The notes under the pieces were generated by a model, which was not told the DNA's origin, did not search any database, and saw only the letters and a list, made by a program, of their open reading frames with translations. A stretch of 64,000 bases of DNA from Epithemia pelagica (lineage: Eukaryota; Protista; Bacillariophyta): positions 186,001 to 250,000 of the forward strand of contig OX337242.1 of the NCBI GenBank assembly GCA_946965045.2, given 5' to 3'. This document shows positions 54,697 through 64,000 of the stretch, one piece after another. The translations under genes were made by a program, and so were the position numbers. Positions within the stretch are counted from its first letter, which is position 1. Each line of letters starts with the position of its first letter.

Positions 54697-57600
54697 ATGC
54701 CAGGCGGCAAACGAAACAAAAAGTTTCATCATCATCAAAAGAAGAAGCCATGGAAGAATCAACGCAAAAAAGAGCAGCAAGACGACCAGAAGAAGGAAGA
54801 TCGCCGGGGGGCCGAATCAACCTCGAATGATTTCATCTTGGCCACCATTACCAAGGGCAATTACAAATTCGAAGCCTATTATGCCGCCCAAGGCTTGCAT
54901 GATCATCGATACAACAAAGTTGATAATGACAAGAATGGTGAGGAGCCACAAGATTCGTTGCTCCACTCCAATTCAACCTTGGAGGAATGGCAGACGGAAC
55001 GCTTGGCGTGGCGGACTGCCTTGGGAAGTATTTTGCCCGCCTCGTTTCGATTCAATGGCATGTTGTCGCCTTCGGTCCAACAAACCATGCACCAGGAACT
55101 CATGCAATTGGTGCGTCAAGCACGTGACTGGAAACCATCCTCTACACAACCAAAGGAACAGCAGGAACAGGACGACGACACACCCAAACAAGACGACGAT
55201 GACGACAAGGAGGAGAAACAAGACACACTGGAGGATCCGCAGCAGCAACAGCAGCAGCAGCAGGACACGACGGCTGCCAACACCAACACCACAACAGCAC
55301 CTACACCGTTGCCGCCACCCGAGATGGATGGAACGACGAATGAAACGAACAACAACCATGACACCACGGTTGCCGATCCTAGTACTACGACTACGACGAC
55401 TCCACAATTGGTCGACTGGCAACCACTGACCGAAGACGATACCCACTTGACCCGCATTCCATTTGTCACGGACCCCTGGGGCTTGGCCTATCAATGGTCC
55501 GTCTTGGATCGCAATCAATTGCGCAAACATCCCGCCTTGCAACCCATTAAGGAATGGTTGGTTCAAAAAACCAGCAGTGGACAAGTGACGCGTCAAGAAA
55601 CAGTATCCATGATTCCCCCCATTGTGTTGCTGTCCCAATTGTTAGTGCAACAGCAACAGCAACAGCAAGAACTGCCAACCGAACCATTACCGACTGTGGA
55701 TACCACGAGCAACGACCCAACGAAAACAAAAAAGAATACCAGTCACAGTAATAACAAGATTGGATTGACCGTCTTGGATTTGTGTGCCGCACCGGGCAGC
55801 AAAACATCACAACTTTTGGAGGGCATGTCCCAATTGCATGGCAGCAGGACAAGGACAAGTACTACGAGTCATGGTTGGCCGGAACAGGCGGGCGTATTGG
55901 TGGCCAATGATGTCAATCCCAATCGGGCCAACATGTTGACGCATCAATTGAAACGCGTCTTGCATCAATTTCCCGTGGCCGTGGTGACGGCGGCACCGGC
56001 CCAATTTCTCTCCTTTGGTTCATCGAATTCACAAGAACCACAACAAACCTTTGATGCCATTTTGGCCGATGTGCCCTGTTCGGGCGATGGCACAACGCGC
56101 AAAAATATTCAAGTTTGGAATACCTGGTCCCAAATGGGCGCCCTGTCCTTGCATCCCTTGCAACTCGACATTGCCTGGCAGGGATTGTCCTCCTTATTGT
56201 CCAACGACGGCAATGGAATCTTGTGTTATAGTACCTGTTCCATGAATCCGATGGAAAATGAAGCGGTCGTGGCGGAATTGTTACGACGCGGTCAAGGAGC
56301 CGTCGAATTGGTCGAGTGTCGACCCGTCGTCCATGGGTCGACGACTCCCAAAAGTGGTGGCTTTCGGACCCGACCGGGATGGTCCACATGGAAAGTCTTG
56401 TGCGAACCCTTGTCCCGCAAACAAATGAAGCATCGGGACAACAAACACAAGGCCAAAATGCAAGAAAAACGCCAACAACATCATGAACAGGAACAAGCAC
56501 AAGCCAAACAAGATGGTCCCTCCTACAAGTCCACCACCACCACCCACAACGACCAGGACGATTCCTTGTCGGCGACTGCGGCTGCTCCTCATCAACCACC
56601 GGGCGATGGACACGAACACGAACGCAATGTGGCCCTGGCGGCTCAACCCTACAGTCCCACCTCGATGGATCCATGCTACTTGATGGAGTTGGCCACACAC
56701 GTGGCGGGCTATCGTCACTTTACCAGCATGGATCAAGTCCACGAAGCGGGATTGCACCAACGGATTCGACCCTCGTGTTTTCCTCCCACCGAAGCCTGGA
56801 TTCAAGACCAATTGAAACGATGCATTCGATGTTTGCCCCACGATAACAACACGGGTGGATTCTTTGTGGCCTTGCTCCACAAAAAGGGACCCATTCCCAA
56901 TGCCAACAAGAAGGAGGTTGACAAGAAAGACGTTGACAAGAAAAACAACGACGACGACGACAAAAAAGACAAAGAATCGAACGAGGCGGAAACAAAGTCG
57001 GTCAGCCCACCGAAGGAACCTCCCATCAAACGAGCCAAGATGGAACGAGACGCACCCGAGAATCCAGAACCAATCAAGGATGCGGTGGATACGACAACTA
57101 GTACAACGGCCACCAAGGAGCAAAATCCCCAAGGAGGACAGAAACGCCGTCGCAACGACCATCAGCAAAATCAACGACAAGTGTTTGTCCCCGTCAAGGA
57201 CGAATTGTTGGACCCCTTGATTGAGTATTATGGTTTTGGTGGACCCGGTTTTCGCAAAGACTTGTTCATGGCTCGGTCCAACAGCGAATGCAAGGTCATT
57301 TATTTCTTGGCACCGTCCGTCAAGGACTTTTTGTTTCCTCCCAGTTCTGGCAGCAATACTAGTAGTAGTGTGTGTGACAGTGTCAATGTGATTGCCACGG
57401 GTCTCAAGGCGTTTTGCAAAAACAATTCCATCAAGGAATGTCCCATCTCGCATCGAATTGCCCAAGAAGCGGCCCATTTCCTGGCACCCTACATGTCGGA
57501 TCGTCGCAAATTAACCGTCTGTCGGTCGGATTTTCAAGCCTGTTTGCGACCACCCCCCGAGGGCAAGGGAGCGGCCATTCCATTGGATGAGAACTTTTCG

Positions 57601-57903
57601 ACCGAATTTGTCCAACATGTTCGAGGACTGGATGTGGGAGCCTTTGTGGTAGTCTTGGAGCAGGGAGAGGAAACCACGGATTCCATGGTCTTGGTCCTTT
57701 GGAGATGTCGTGGCGATCACATCAACACATTGGTGTCGGCCGTGGAAGTGGATGCCATTCAAAGCAAATTGGCCGCCCAGACCCAACACGGCAATTCTGC
57801 GGGTGCAACAACAGCAACAAAGACAGCAGCGACAAACACCAACACGAGCGGCCTACAGGAGGAGCAGGAGCAGCATCAAGACATGTCGACGGAGATGAAA
57901 TAA
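54697..57903 (+). CDS. NSUN2: tRNA (cytosine-5)-methyltransferase, NSUN2/Trm4/NCL1 family, with long low-complexity insertions
   Basis: VTRQETVSMIPP, motif I VLDLCAAPGSKTSQL, LVANDVN, motif IV DAILADVPCSGDGTTRKN, motif VI YSTCSMNPMENEAVV, RCLPHDNNTGGFFVALL. Real start MPGGKRNKK at ATG 54697. Confidence 0.95.
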   Translation: MPGGKRNKKFHHHQKKKPWKNQRKKEQQDDQKKEDRRGAESTSNDFILATITKGNYKFEAYYAAQGLHDHRYNKVDNDKNGEEPQDSLLHSNSTLEEWQTERLAWRTALGSILPASFRFNGMLSPSVQQTMHQELMQLVRQARDWKPSSTQPKEQQEQDDDTPKQDDDDDKEEKQDTLEDPQQQQQQQQDTTAANTNTTTAPTPLPPPEMDGTTNETNNNHDTTVADPSTTTTTTPQLVDWQPLTEDDTHLTRIPFVTDPWGLAYQWSVLDRNQLRKHPALQPIKEWLVQKTSSGQVTRQETVSMIPPIVLLSQLLVQQQQQQQELPTEPLPTVDTTSNDPTKTKKNTSHSNNKIGLTVLDLCAAPGSKTSQLLEGMSQLHGSRTRTSTTSHGWPEQAGVLVANDVNPNRANMLTHQLKRVLHQFPVAVVTAAPAQFLSFGSSNSQEPQQTFDAILADVPCSGDGTTRKNIQVWNTWSQMGALSLHPLQLDIAWQGLSSLLSNDGNGILCYSTCSMNPMENEAVVAELLRRGQGAVELVECRPVVHGSTTPKSGGFRTRPGWSTWKVLCEPLSRKQMKHRDNKHKAKMQEKRQQHHEQEQAQAKQDGPSYKSTTTTHNDQDDSLSATAAAPHQPPGDGHEHERNVALAAQPYSPTSMDPCYLMELATHVAGYRHFTSMDQVHEAGLHQRIRPSCFPPTEAWIQDQLKRCIRCLPHDNNTGGFFVALLHKKGPIPNANKKEVDKKDVDKKNNDDDDKKDKESNEAETKSVSPPKEPPIKRAKMERDAPENPEPIKDAVDTTTSTTATKEQNPQGGQKRRRNDHQQNQRQVFVPVKDELLDPLIEYYGFGGPGFRKDLFMARSNSECKVIYFLAPSVKDFLFPPSSGSNTSSSVCDSVNVIATGLKAFCKNNSIKECPISHRIAQEAAHFLAPYMSDRRKLTVCRSDFQACLRPPPEGKGAAIPLDENFSTEFVQHVRGLDVGAFVVVLEQGEETTDSMVLVLWRCRGDHINTLVSAVEVDAIQSKLAAQTQHGNSAGATTATKTAATNTNTSGLQEEQEQHQDMSTEMK

Positions 57904-58976
57904 GTAGGGGAAGAATGTTCTCTGGAGCGCCGGAAGCAATGGAAACTATATCCTACCACTACGAACAAGGGTGCATAGTTCGGTGATGGCTTTGGTTTGT
58001 GTCAAGACACACTCGATAGGCGCATTACTCGTACAGAGAACGACATGACCAGTGATGGGAGGATACCAACCACAAAAAAGACTGCTTCTTGATGTACGAA
58101 TAGGGCGGTGTGAAAGAATGTACCACACTGTGCTCATTAAAACTACTTCCAGACTAAACTAGCGAGAGAGTTGTGCATTTGCCATATCTCGTCCAATTTG
58201 GATGTCTAGCTAGGCGCCGGACTTGCTCTATCGTGAAAGTGGAAGCACAATACCATTGTATCCAGGTTCTTTTTGTCTCGAATGAGTGTTGCGAGAAAAC
58301 ACACAAGAAAAAATCCAGCCTGATATATCGTACATGAGGCCCTTTCCGTTTGGAAAAGACCCGAGATCGATCTGCGTCAAACGTCATGTCTTGCCTCAGG
58401 GAAGAAAACCGTTTTGTCGGTAGGGCACTCCCGTTTCTCCCAACTGGGACCGCATCGAGATCGCTCTGGACAGACACAACAGGTCATCCCAGCTATCGGA
58501 GTCGTAGTTTGTCCTGAAATTGTGACGGACATGTCCCTGTTTCGGACGCTGACATTTCGACCGGCGTGAACCCTTCCAACTACCATATCGCGCAAGCATG
58601 CTCATGCCAGTTCCTGTCCATTCGGAAGAAAAGACACGCGCGTCCAAAATTTGGAGCTACACAAGAGCGCTCATAGAAACAATAAATTTGGCCGCCGTTG
58701 CACCAAAAACGACCCGATCCGTATCTTTTTCGCCCGCCGACATGCCAAAAATGCCCTGCGTTGCTGCCAAAAGACCACAGTTTTTTGGTTTTTCGCGGAA
58801 GCCCACATACATACATAAACACCGACACAAGTTTGTGGGTGTCTGCGCGCGCAAATCGTTTGCTCTAGAGTCTTTTCTCGGTGTCCACTCCCACTATTCA
58901 ATTTTTTTGTGGCTCTCTCGTTCCATGTTCCATTTAGTTGTGTTGCTTGGACACACACACACATACAGACAGGACC

Positions 58977-59696
58977 ATGATGAACCGTTGGCTGGCGGCC
59001 CTCGTGGCAAGCTTTTTGGTTGTTTCCGGAACCGAGGCGTGTTCCTGTCTCAACACCACGTTGGAAGCGCAATTTGAAAACGCCGGCTATGTCGATACCG
59101 TCTATGTCTTGGGACAAGTCAAGGTCTACCATGGCCGCATTGTGGGCTGGGTCCGCTCCTGGGAACAAGACGAAAACGACGAAGATCCGGAAATGAGGAA
59201 TGGCAATATCTACTATTTGGCGCAAATCCTGCGCCATCACAAGGGATATTGCCCCGTCTATGAAGACGAAGAGGAGGAGGAAGAAGAAGACGATCCAGAG
59301 ACGTCGTACGATGAAGACGAAAAAACTCACCGGTACCCACATGAAGACGAAGAAGACGGAGGCTATCGCAACTTGAGAAGCTATTACCGTCCTCCCTACC
59401 ATGGCGGCGGCCGCCGCCGTCGTCCCCGCCGCTTTCCCTGGTGGCGCTACGACAATGACAAGTACCAACTCTACGTGACGGGTGCCAATTCGGCCATGTG
59501 CGGTGTCCGCTTGGAACGCGGACGCCACGTATTGGGCTCGTACGAGACTGTTGGCCCCACGGACGCACCCGATGGTGTCAAGAGTATCAACAGTTGCGGT
59601 CTCCAAATTGCCTGGGAAGATTACACTTGGGAACAGTATTATTACATTCGAGACAATACCGAAGTCTGCTACTACGACGACTACGGTCATTACTAG
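58977..59696 (+). CDS. Secreted TIMP/NTR-fold-like protein (single domain)
   Basis: Signal peptide MMNRWLAALVASFLVVSGTEA followed directly by CSC (TIMP mature N-terminus C-x-C); downstream TGANSAMCGVRLERGRHVLG and SINSCG match the N-TIMP SxCG and ixxC positions. Confidence 0.75.
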   Translation: MMNRWLAALVASFLVVSGTEACSCLNTTLEAQFENAGYVDTVYVLGQVKVYHGRIVGWVRSWEQDENDEDPEMRNGNIYYLAQILRHHKGYCPVYEDEEEEEEEDDPETSYDEDEKTHRYPHEDEEDGGYRNLRSYYRPPYHGGGRRRRPRRFPWWRYDNDKYQLYVTGANSAMCGVRLERGRHVLGSYETVGPTDAPDGVKSINSCGLQIAWEDYTWEQYYYIRDNTEVCYYDDYGHY

Positions 59697-62585
59697 TTAT
59701 TCGTAGAGAGGCTCGGAGAGCACAAAGCATAAAATGAGGTACATGGAGAATCCCTCATTGTCCTGTTGTGCTGCTGGTGAAAGGCAAGGGTTTACCAGAC
59801 ACAGGAGAATGATACAATCAATACTAAAATTACGACTTGTGTATATACTATATATGAACCTTCCGGATGTCACCTCTTGCATTGGAGCTTGGAGCTGGAC
59901 CTCTGTTGTTGGCTATTGGGGTAGCCTCCTGATGGGGTAGTCTACCTGCCCTCCCGCGACCAGTCACCAATCGCTGCTACTCCTAGCTTCTTGAGAGGAG
60001 TGGTAGATTTTCGAGCATTCGCTCTACTCTAGAATCTAGTTTAGTACGCGAATCTGAATTCCGACCTTGAAGCTACAAAGCGGCGCATCCGATCGATCAT
60101 CGATCATGCATAGTGCATACACTTTGTCGTTGGTGGTCATGGTTCATGGTGGATGGATTTCGGTCACAGGTGGTGGTTGGTGGTCATGGTGGATGGATTT
60201 CGGTCACATTATTTTTCGGTCACATTTCCATGTTCCGTATATCACACCACGACGAGCCAGTGCTAAGAAGTCTCTACTACCTAGAGCTCTCTAGTGGGAG
60301 TTTGTTTCTTCTACTAGCTAGCTAGCTAGCCAACCCCAACTTCCCCCATTGCCCCTCCATCCTTGTGCCATTGTTTCTGATTCCTTTCTAATTCTGCTCC
60401 TAATTTCTACTCGCTTTCATCTGAAGTCTACTAGAAAAGCTCTATTCGTAATTTTTTGTCGAAGGATAATGGGCGTTGGGCGTGGGGTGATACTGGTAGC
60501 TGGTAGGTGAAAAGAGAAAAGAGACCACCTAATACCTTTTAATTCCCAATACATCATGTTTATAGTTTATAGGATCAGAGAGACATGGCGTCATCAGAAG
60601 GGACTTTGATAGGCCCAAAAGTTTGATGACAAATAATATCGAATGTCACACAAACTTATGCCGAACCTTTGGTTTTTGGTTTCGTAAGAGGTAAGAGGTA
60701 GAGGTCGGTCCCTCGGTAAGCGGTCACGCAGCTCCAGCGCTGAAGAATCTCCAGCAGAGATTATCTGTTGCGTGTAGGATAAGCGCCAGATTGGTCACCA
60801 TGCACCATCCACTCTGACTCTGACTGCTGGATGTCATTCATTTGCTCTGCACTGGTCATTATTCACCATGTGTCATTCATTTGCTCTACACAGTACACAG
60901 CCTTCTAAAATGTCTGTTGTTTTATAAAGTCAATGGTATAACGATCCTTTGAATTCGAGAATGGGGAACATCTCACCATGGATAAGTTCTTGTAGCTAAG
61001 CATTTTCATTCAGGTAGCACAGGTAGTCTTTTCTCGCCTACCAAGCTCCAGCAGAGCCGTCTCCAGCGCTTACCTAGAGTAGCTCCGTGTTGCGAGACAG
61101 ACGTCTAGCTGGGTAGTGGGTAGTGGTAGGTACGCATATGTGATTGTAATTTTTCGCTCAAAGGGATATAGACAGACTGCCTTTTCGGAGCAATGTTGTT
61201 CGGTATTCGCCCTTTTCTCTCTTTAAGAACTAGCTGTACTAAGCCCTTTCGTCTCCTGAGTCAGAAGTTATAGAGACGAGTTCCACACTCCACCAAAGAC
61301 ATTCCATCAAGCCCGCATCCTCAACATCGCTTTTATTCTTCCGGAGCCAATCGCAGCCCTTCACGCCCACGCCGATATGCGATGGACGATGATGATGATG
61401 GGGGGAGATCTGCTCCTACGACGAATAAATCAAGGAATTGGAGATGTCCGCAAGAGTAGATTATAGATCATTAGGAAATAGGAAAGCCTTCCAAGACTTG
61501 GTTCTCGAAAGATGAAAGAGATGCAAATAGCAAATAGGGCATGGCAGTACTAAGTAATATTTCCCAATCTTGTTGCTTGATCGGAAATCGGAATTCGGAA
61601 TGTGCAAGACGGTTGTCAAGAAGTAAGGGCAAGGATTTGAGACTTTCTAACCGGGTAGATCGAAAATCCACCGATGTTCCGAAAGATATGATATATGACA
61701 TATTCGATTTATCGTCTTCTTTCTCTTTTTCTTTCCCCTATCTGGTCGTTGTTCGTTCCACATGCGAATAGGTGTACTTCTAAAATAGAGAGAATCTCAA
61801 AGCGACTAGCTTTGCTAGATAGTCACTGGTAACTCCGAGCGAGTCGCCAGGAGAAAAATGGAAAATTGCCTGAGTAGGCTTTCCGTTCCTTCTAGATAGA
61901 TCTCCCAGTGCTTGATAAGCATTCTGAACTCTGTAGGCGTCGTAAGCGCCGGGAATCATGATAACGAATAACGACCTACCTAGTACCTAGTATTGGTATT
62001 GAAAGTTCCCGATGATTCGTTTTCAGTCTTCGCCATATTATATCGTCACTTATCATCTATGTTAGTCATCCGGCGCAAGCCCTATGCCCTATGCCCTAAG
62101 CCCTCATCTTCGGTGGGCGTGGAAAGAAACAATGACACAAAATAAACTACTCCTATCCATCTCTATTCTCTACATATACTCCTAGAGGTCATAGGTCATA
62201 GTATGAGTCGATTCATGCACATCGCTCCATGTTTTGTTGCTGTCTCTCTAGAAGGGTGACCGTTGTCCTTCGTAAAACACAGCGATTCATTGAATGGGCA
62301 AAACAGCTTCCTCGTGGGAGTAGGTAGAACTATTGATAATCAAACAGATTGGAGTAAATACTTATTCGTAGCTTATCTGGAGCAACTGAAAAAACCAAAG
62401 ACCTTGCCAACAAGACGGCCTTCGATGCATTTTGCTAGAATTACCAAACGTTAGACATGCCCAATGAGCCTAGGATTTCTCCAAAAGACAAAAGGCCGAC
62501 TGCATTGTGAAAATGATGCTGATCTCGTCTCGATCCCCAAATCCCGTGGGAACAAAATTGCACTTTTCATCCTTCCAATGAAACA

Positions 62586-63377
62586 TCATGCGGCACGGGA
62601 TACGGTTCGGGGAATGCTGTTGAGAAAAGCATTGAGGGCAAAAAAGCCGTGGGAGTTGTTGTGCAAAGTGTCGAGGGAGGAATTGCAACCACAACTGTCT
62701 CTGGGATCGTCACTTTCCCGACAAAACACTAGGATGCGACAAAGAGCTTGATTCCAAACATTAACATTGTCCACGTTACCCATTTCGCAATGACAGTGCG
62801 TAGCATTGGTACAAACTGCCATGAGAATCTTGAGGGTCGAGTCAGTGGGCTTGAAGCATGTAGGGCCATTCCCGTTGTTTGACTTTGCGAGTAAGTAAGC
62901 TTGTTCGTAACAATCAAGGGCGGATGCAAGAAGAGCCGTATTCTCTGTCCTTCGTCTTTCCCATTCTAAGTGATAGCACAGGCCTAGATTGAAGAGAACG
63001 CATATGTTCATCGATATATGCTGAGTGCTTGTGGCAAAAGATGGGCAAGGCTTCGGTTGTGCTCCATTGTTACATTCGAAAAGAAAAGCTTGGACGTAGA
63101 ATTCCCGTCTGGGATCAATAGACTCATCGTTGCTATCGTCATCGGTAGCATAAAAAGAGAAGGAAGTTTGGCCATTCATCTGATCATCAGTCGTACATGA
63201 TCGATCTGTCGTCGCGTCAAAGGCATTACTAGGGGGAAGTGGTGATGGGGACAAGATGCACCATGACAACTGAGATAGACAATATGAAAACGCAGAAGCG
63301 GCCTCTTTAAAATCATACTGCTCCATTAGGTCAATACCGACCATGTTCAAAGCTTGTATTTCGTCAATGGATGTCAT
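62586..63377 (-). CDS. TPR-like helical repeat protein
   Basis: ALNMVGIDLMEQYDFKEAASAFSYCL, VLFNLGLCYHL, ALDCYEQAYLL, AVCTNATHCH pattern; first plausible ATG 63377 (MTSIDEIQ). Confidence 0.75.
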   Translation of the reverse strand: MTSIDEIQALNMVGIDLMEQYDFKEAASAFSYCLSQLSWCILSPSPLPPSNAFDATTDRSCTTDDQMNGQTSFSFYATDDDSNDESIDPRREFYVQAFLFECNNGAQPKPCPSFATSTQHISMNICVLFNLGLCYHLEWERRRTENTALLASALDCYEQAYLLAKSNNGNGPTCFKPTDSTLKILMAVCTNATHCHCEMGNVDNVNVWNQALCRILVFCRESDDPRDSCGCNSSLDTLHNNSHGFFALNAFLNSIPRTVSRAA

Positions 63378-63627
63378 GGTTAGGAGACTTCTCGGTGAGG
63401 AGTTAGAGCATTGGAAAATGAATAGTGGAACTAAGATGAGAGATGAGCTCGTGTATCGTTTACTATTGTTCCCTATCTCTTCTCTTCGAGTACTCTTTGC
63501 TGGATACTCAGTGGTCCGACTTCCATCCTTAATCCATAATCCTTCCAAATTCTCATTATTATTCCTGATATCAAGTTGAGCTTTAGGGCAAGCATCATAT
63601 TATTAGTACGGGCATCCGAAGCGCAGA

Positions 63628-63709
63628 ACGCAGAGCGAACCTAGAGCTAATCAAGGTTCGCCATTCGACGCAGAGCGAACCTAGAGCTAATCAAGGTTCG
63701 CCATTCGAC
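63628..63709. repeat. Exact 40-bp tandem duplication with an internal 8-bp inverted repeat
   Basis: acgcagagcgaacctagagctaatcaaggttcgccattcg x2 (63628, 63668); gcgaacct/aggttcgc stem in each unit. Confidence 0.9.
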
Positions 63710-64000
63710 CCAACATCAATCATCAGTCATCAGGACCACAAAAATGAAAGTTCCTAGGAGTTGTAGCTAGCTAGCGAATTATCTCTTCTTTTAGATCCTC
63801 TATTCTCTTCTCTTCCTACTCTACTAGTCCCAAAGGATGCTCTCGGCTCGGTGATCCCACCAAAGAAAAGTACCCATCATGGGTTATGGGTTAGGATGGC
63901 TGACTCTTCTACTACTCCATCTAGTAGCTAGCTAGTACTCCTAATACTCTTGGATCTTGGAAGCTACTCAAGAGCCCTCTAGCTAGAGCATCTGGGGCTT

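Noticed and set aside
53770-54697. RERERE and SLSLSL ORF segments, and the first 182 codons of ORF 54151..57903
   Set aside because: Translation of the (TC)n microsatellite and intergenic DNA; real starts are at 54697 (+) and 54170/54113 (-).
56281-57477. 398-aa minus-strand ORF
   Set aside because: Antisense shadow inside the NSUN2-like CDS.
60128-60215. Short imperfect tandem repeat ggtggtcatgg...ggatttcggtcaca
   Set aside because: Two or three degenerate copies in intergenic DNA with no further structure; looks like ordinary slippage.
59900-62500. Gene or transposon in the long intergenic stretch
   Set aside because: Only ORFs under 100 aa; no TIR, LTR, tRNA or coding motif detected by eye.
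63628-63709. CRISPR mini-array
   Set aside because: Two abutting identical units with no spacer.

Overview
Eukaryotic, intron-poor DNA at roughly 48-50% GC, which most resembles a pennate diatom genome (inferred from gene style and families, not proven). No rRNA, tRNA or CRISPR array was seen. 1-23.2 kb is a tandem array of seven co-oriented minus-strand genes for Ser/Thr/Gln/acidic disordered proteins. Six of them share short C-terminal amphipathic motifs (DA[IV][LV]T[TV]AExxGY, F[FL]xxA[LVM][ST][DE], LW[NHD], AQxTDA), and three carry exactly one stop or frameshift. A nested pair of non-autonomous transposon-like elements (about 11.5-13.9 kb) sits inside the array. After the array come an ABCC/MRP transporter, two paralogous VxF...WY...GLE proteins, a second plus-strand cluster of disordered proteins, and a spliced TIR-domain gene preceded by eroded LRR-like sequence. 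The rest of the window holds a Kelch protein, an ApaG-domain protein head-to-head with an NSUN2/Trm4-type tRNA m5C methyltransferase, a secreted TIMP-like protein and a TPR-like protein. Many ORF-track starts are TTG/GTG; I moved starts to the first plausible ATG. All family calls come from motifs read by eye, with no database searches.
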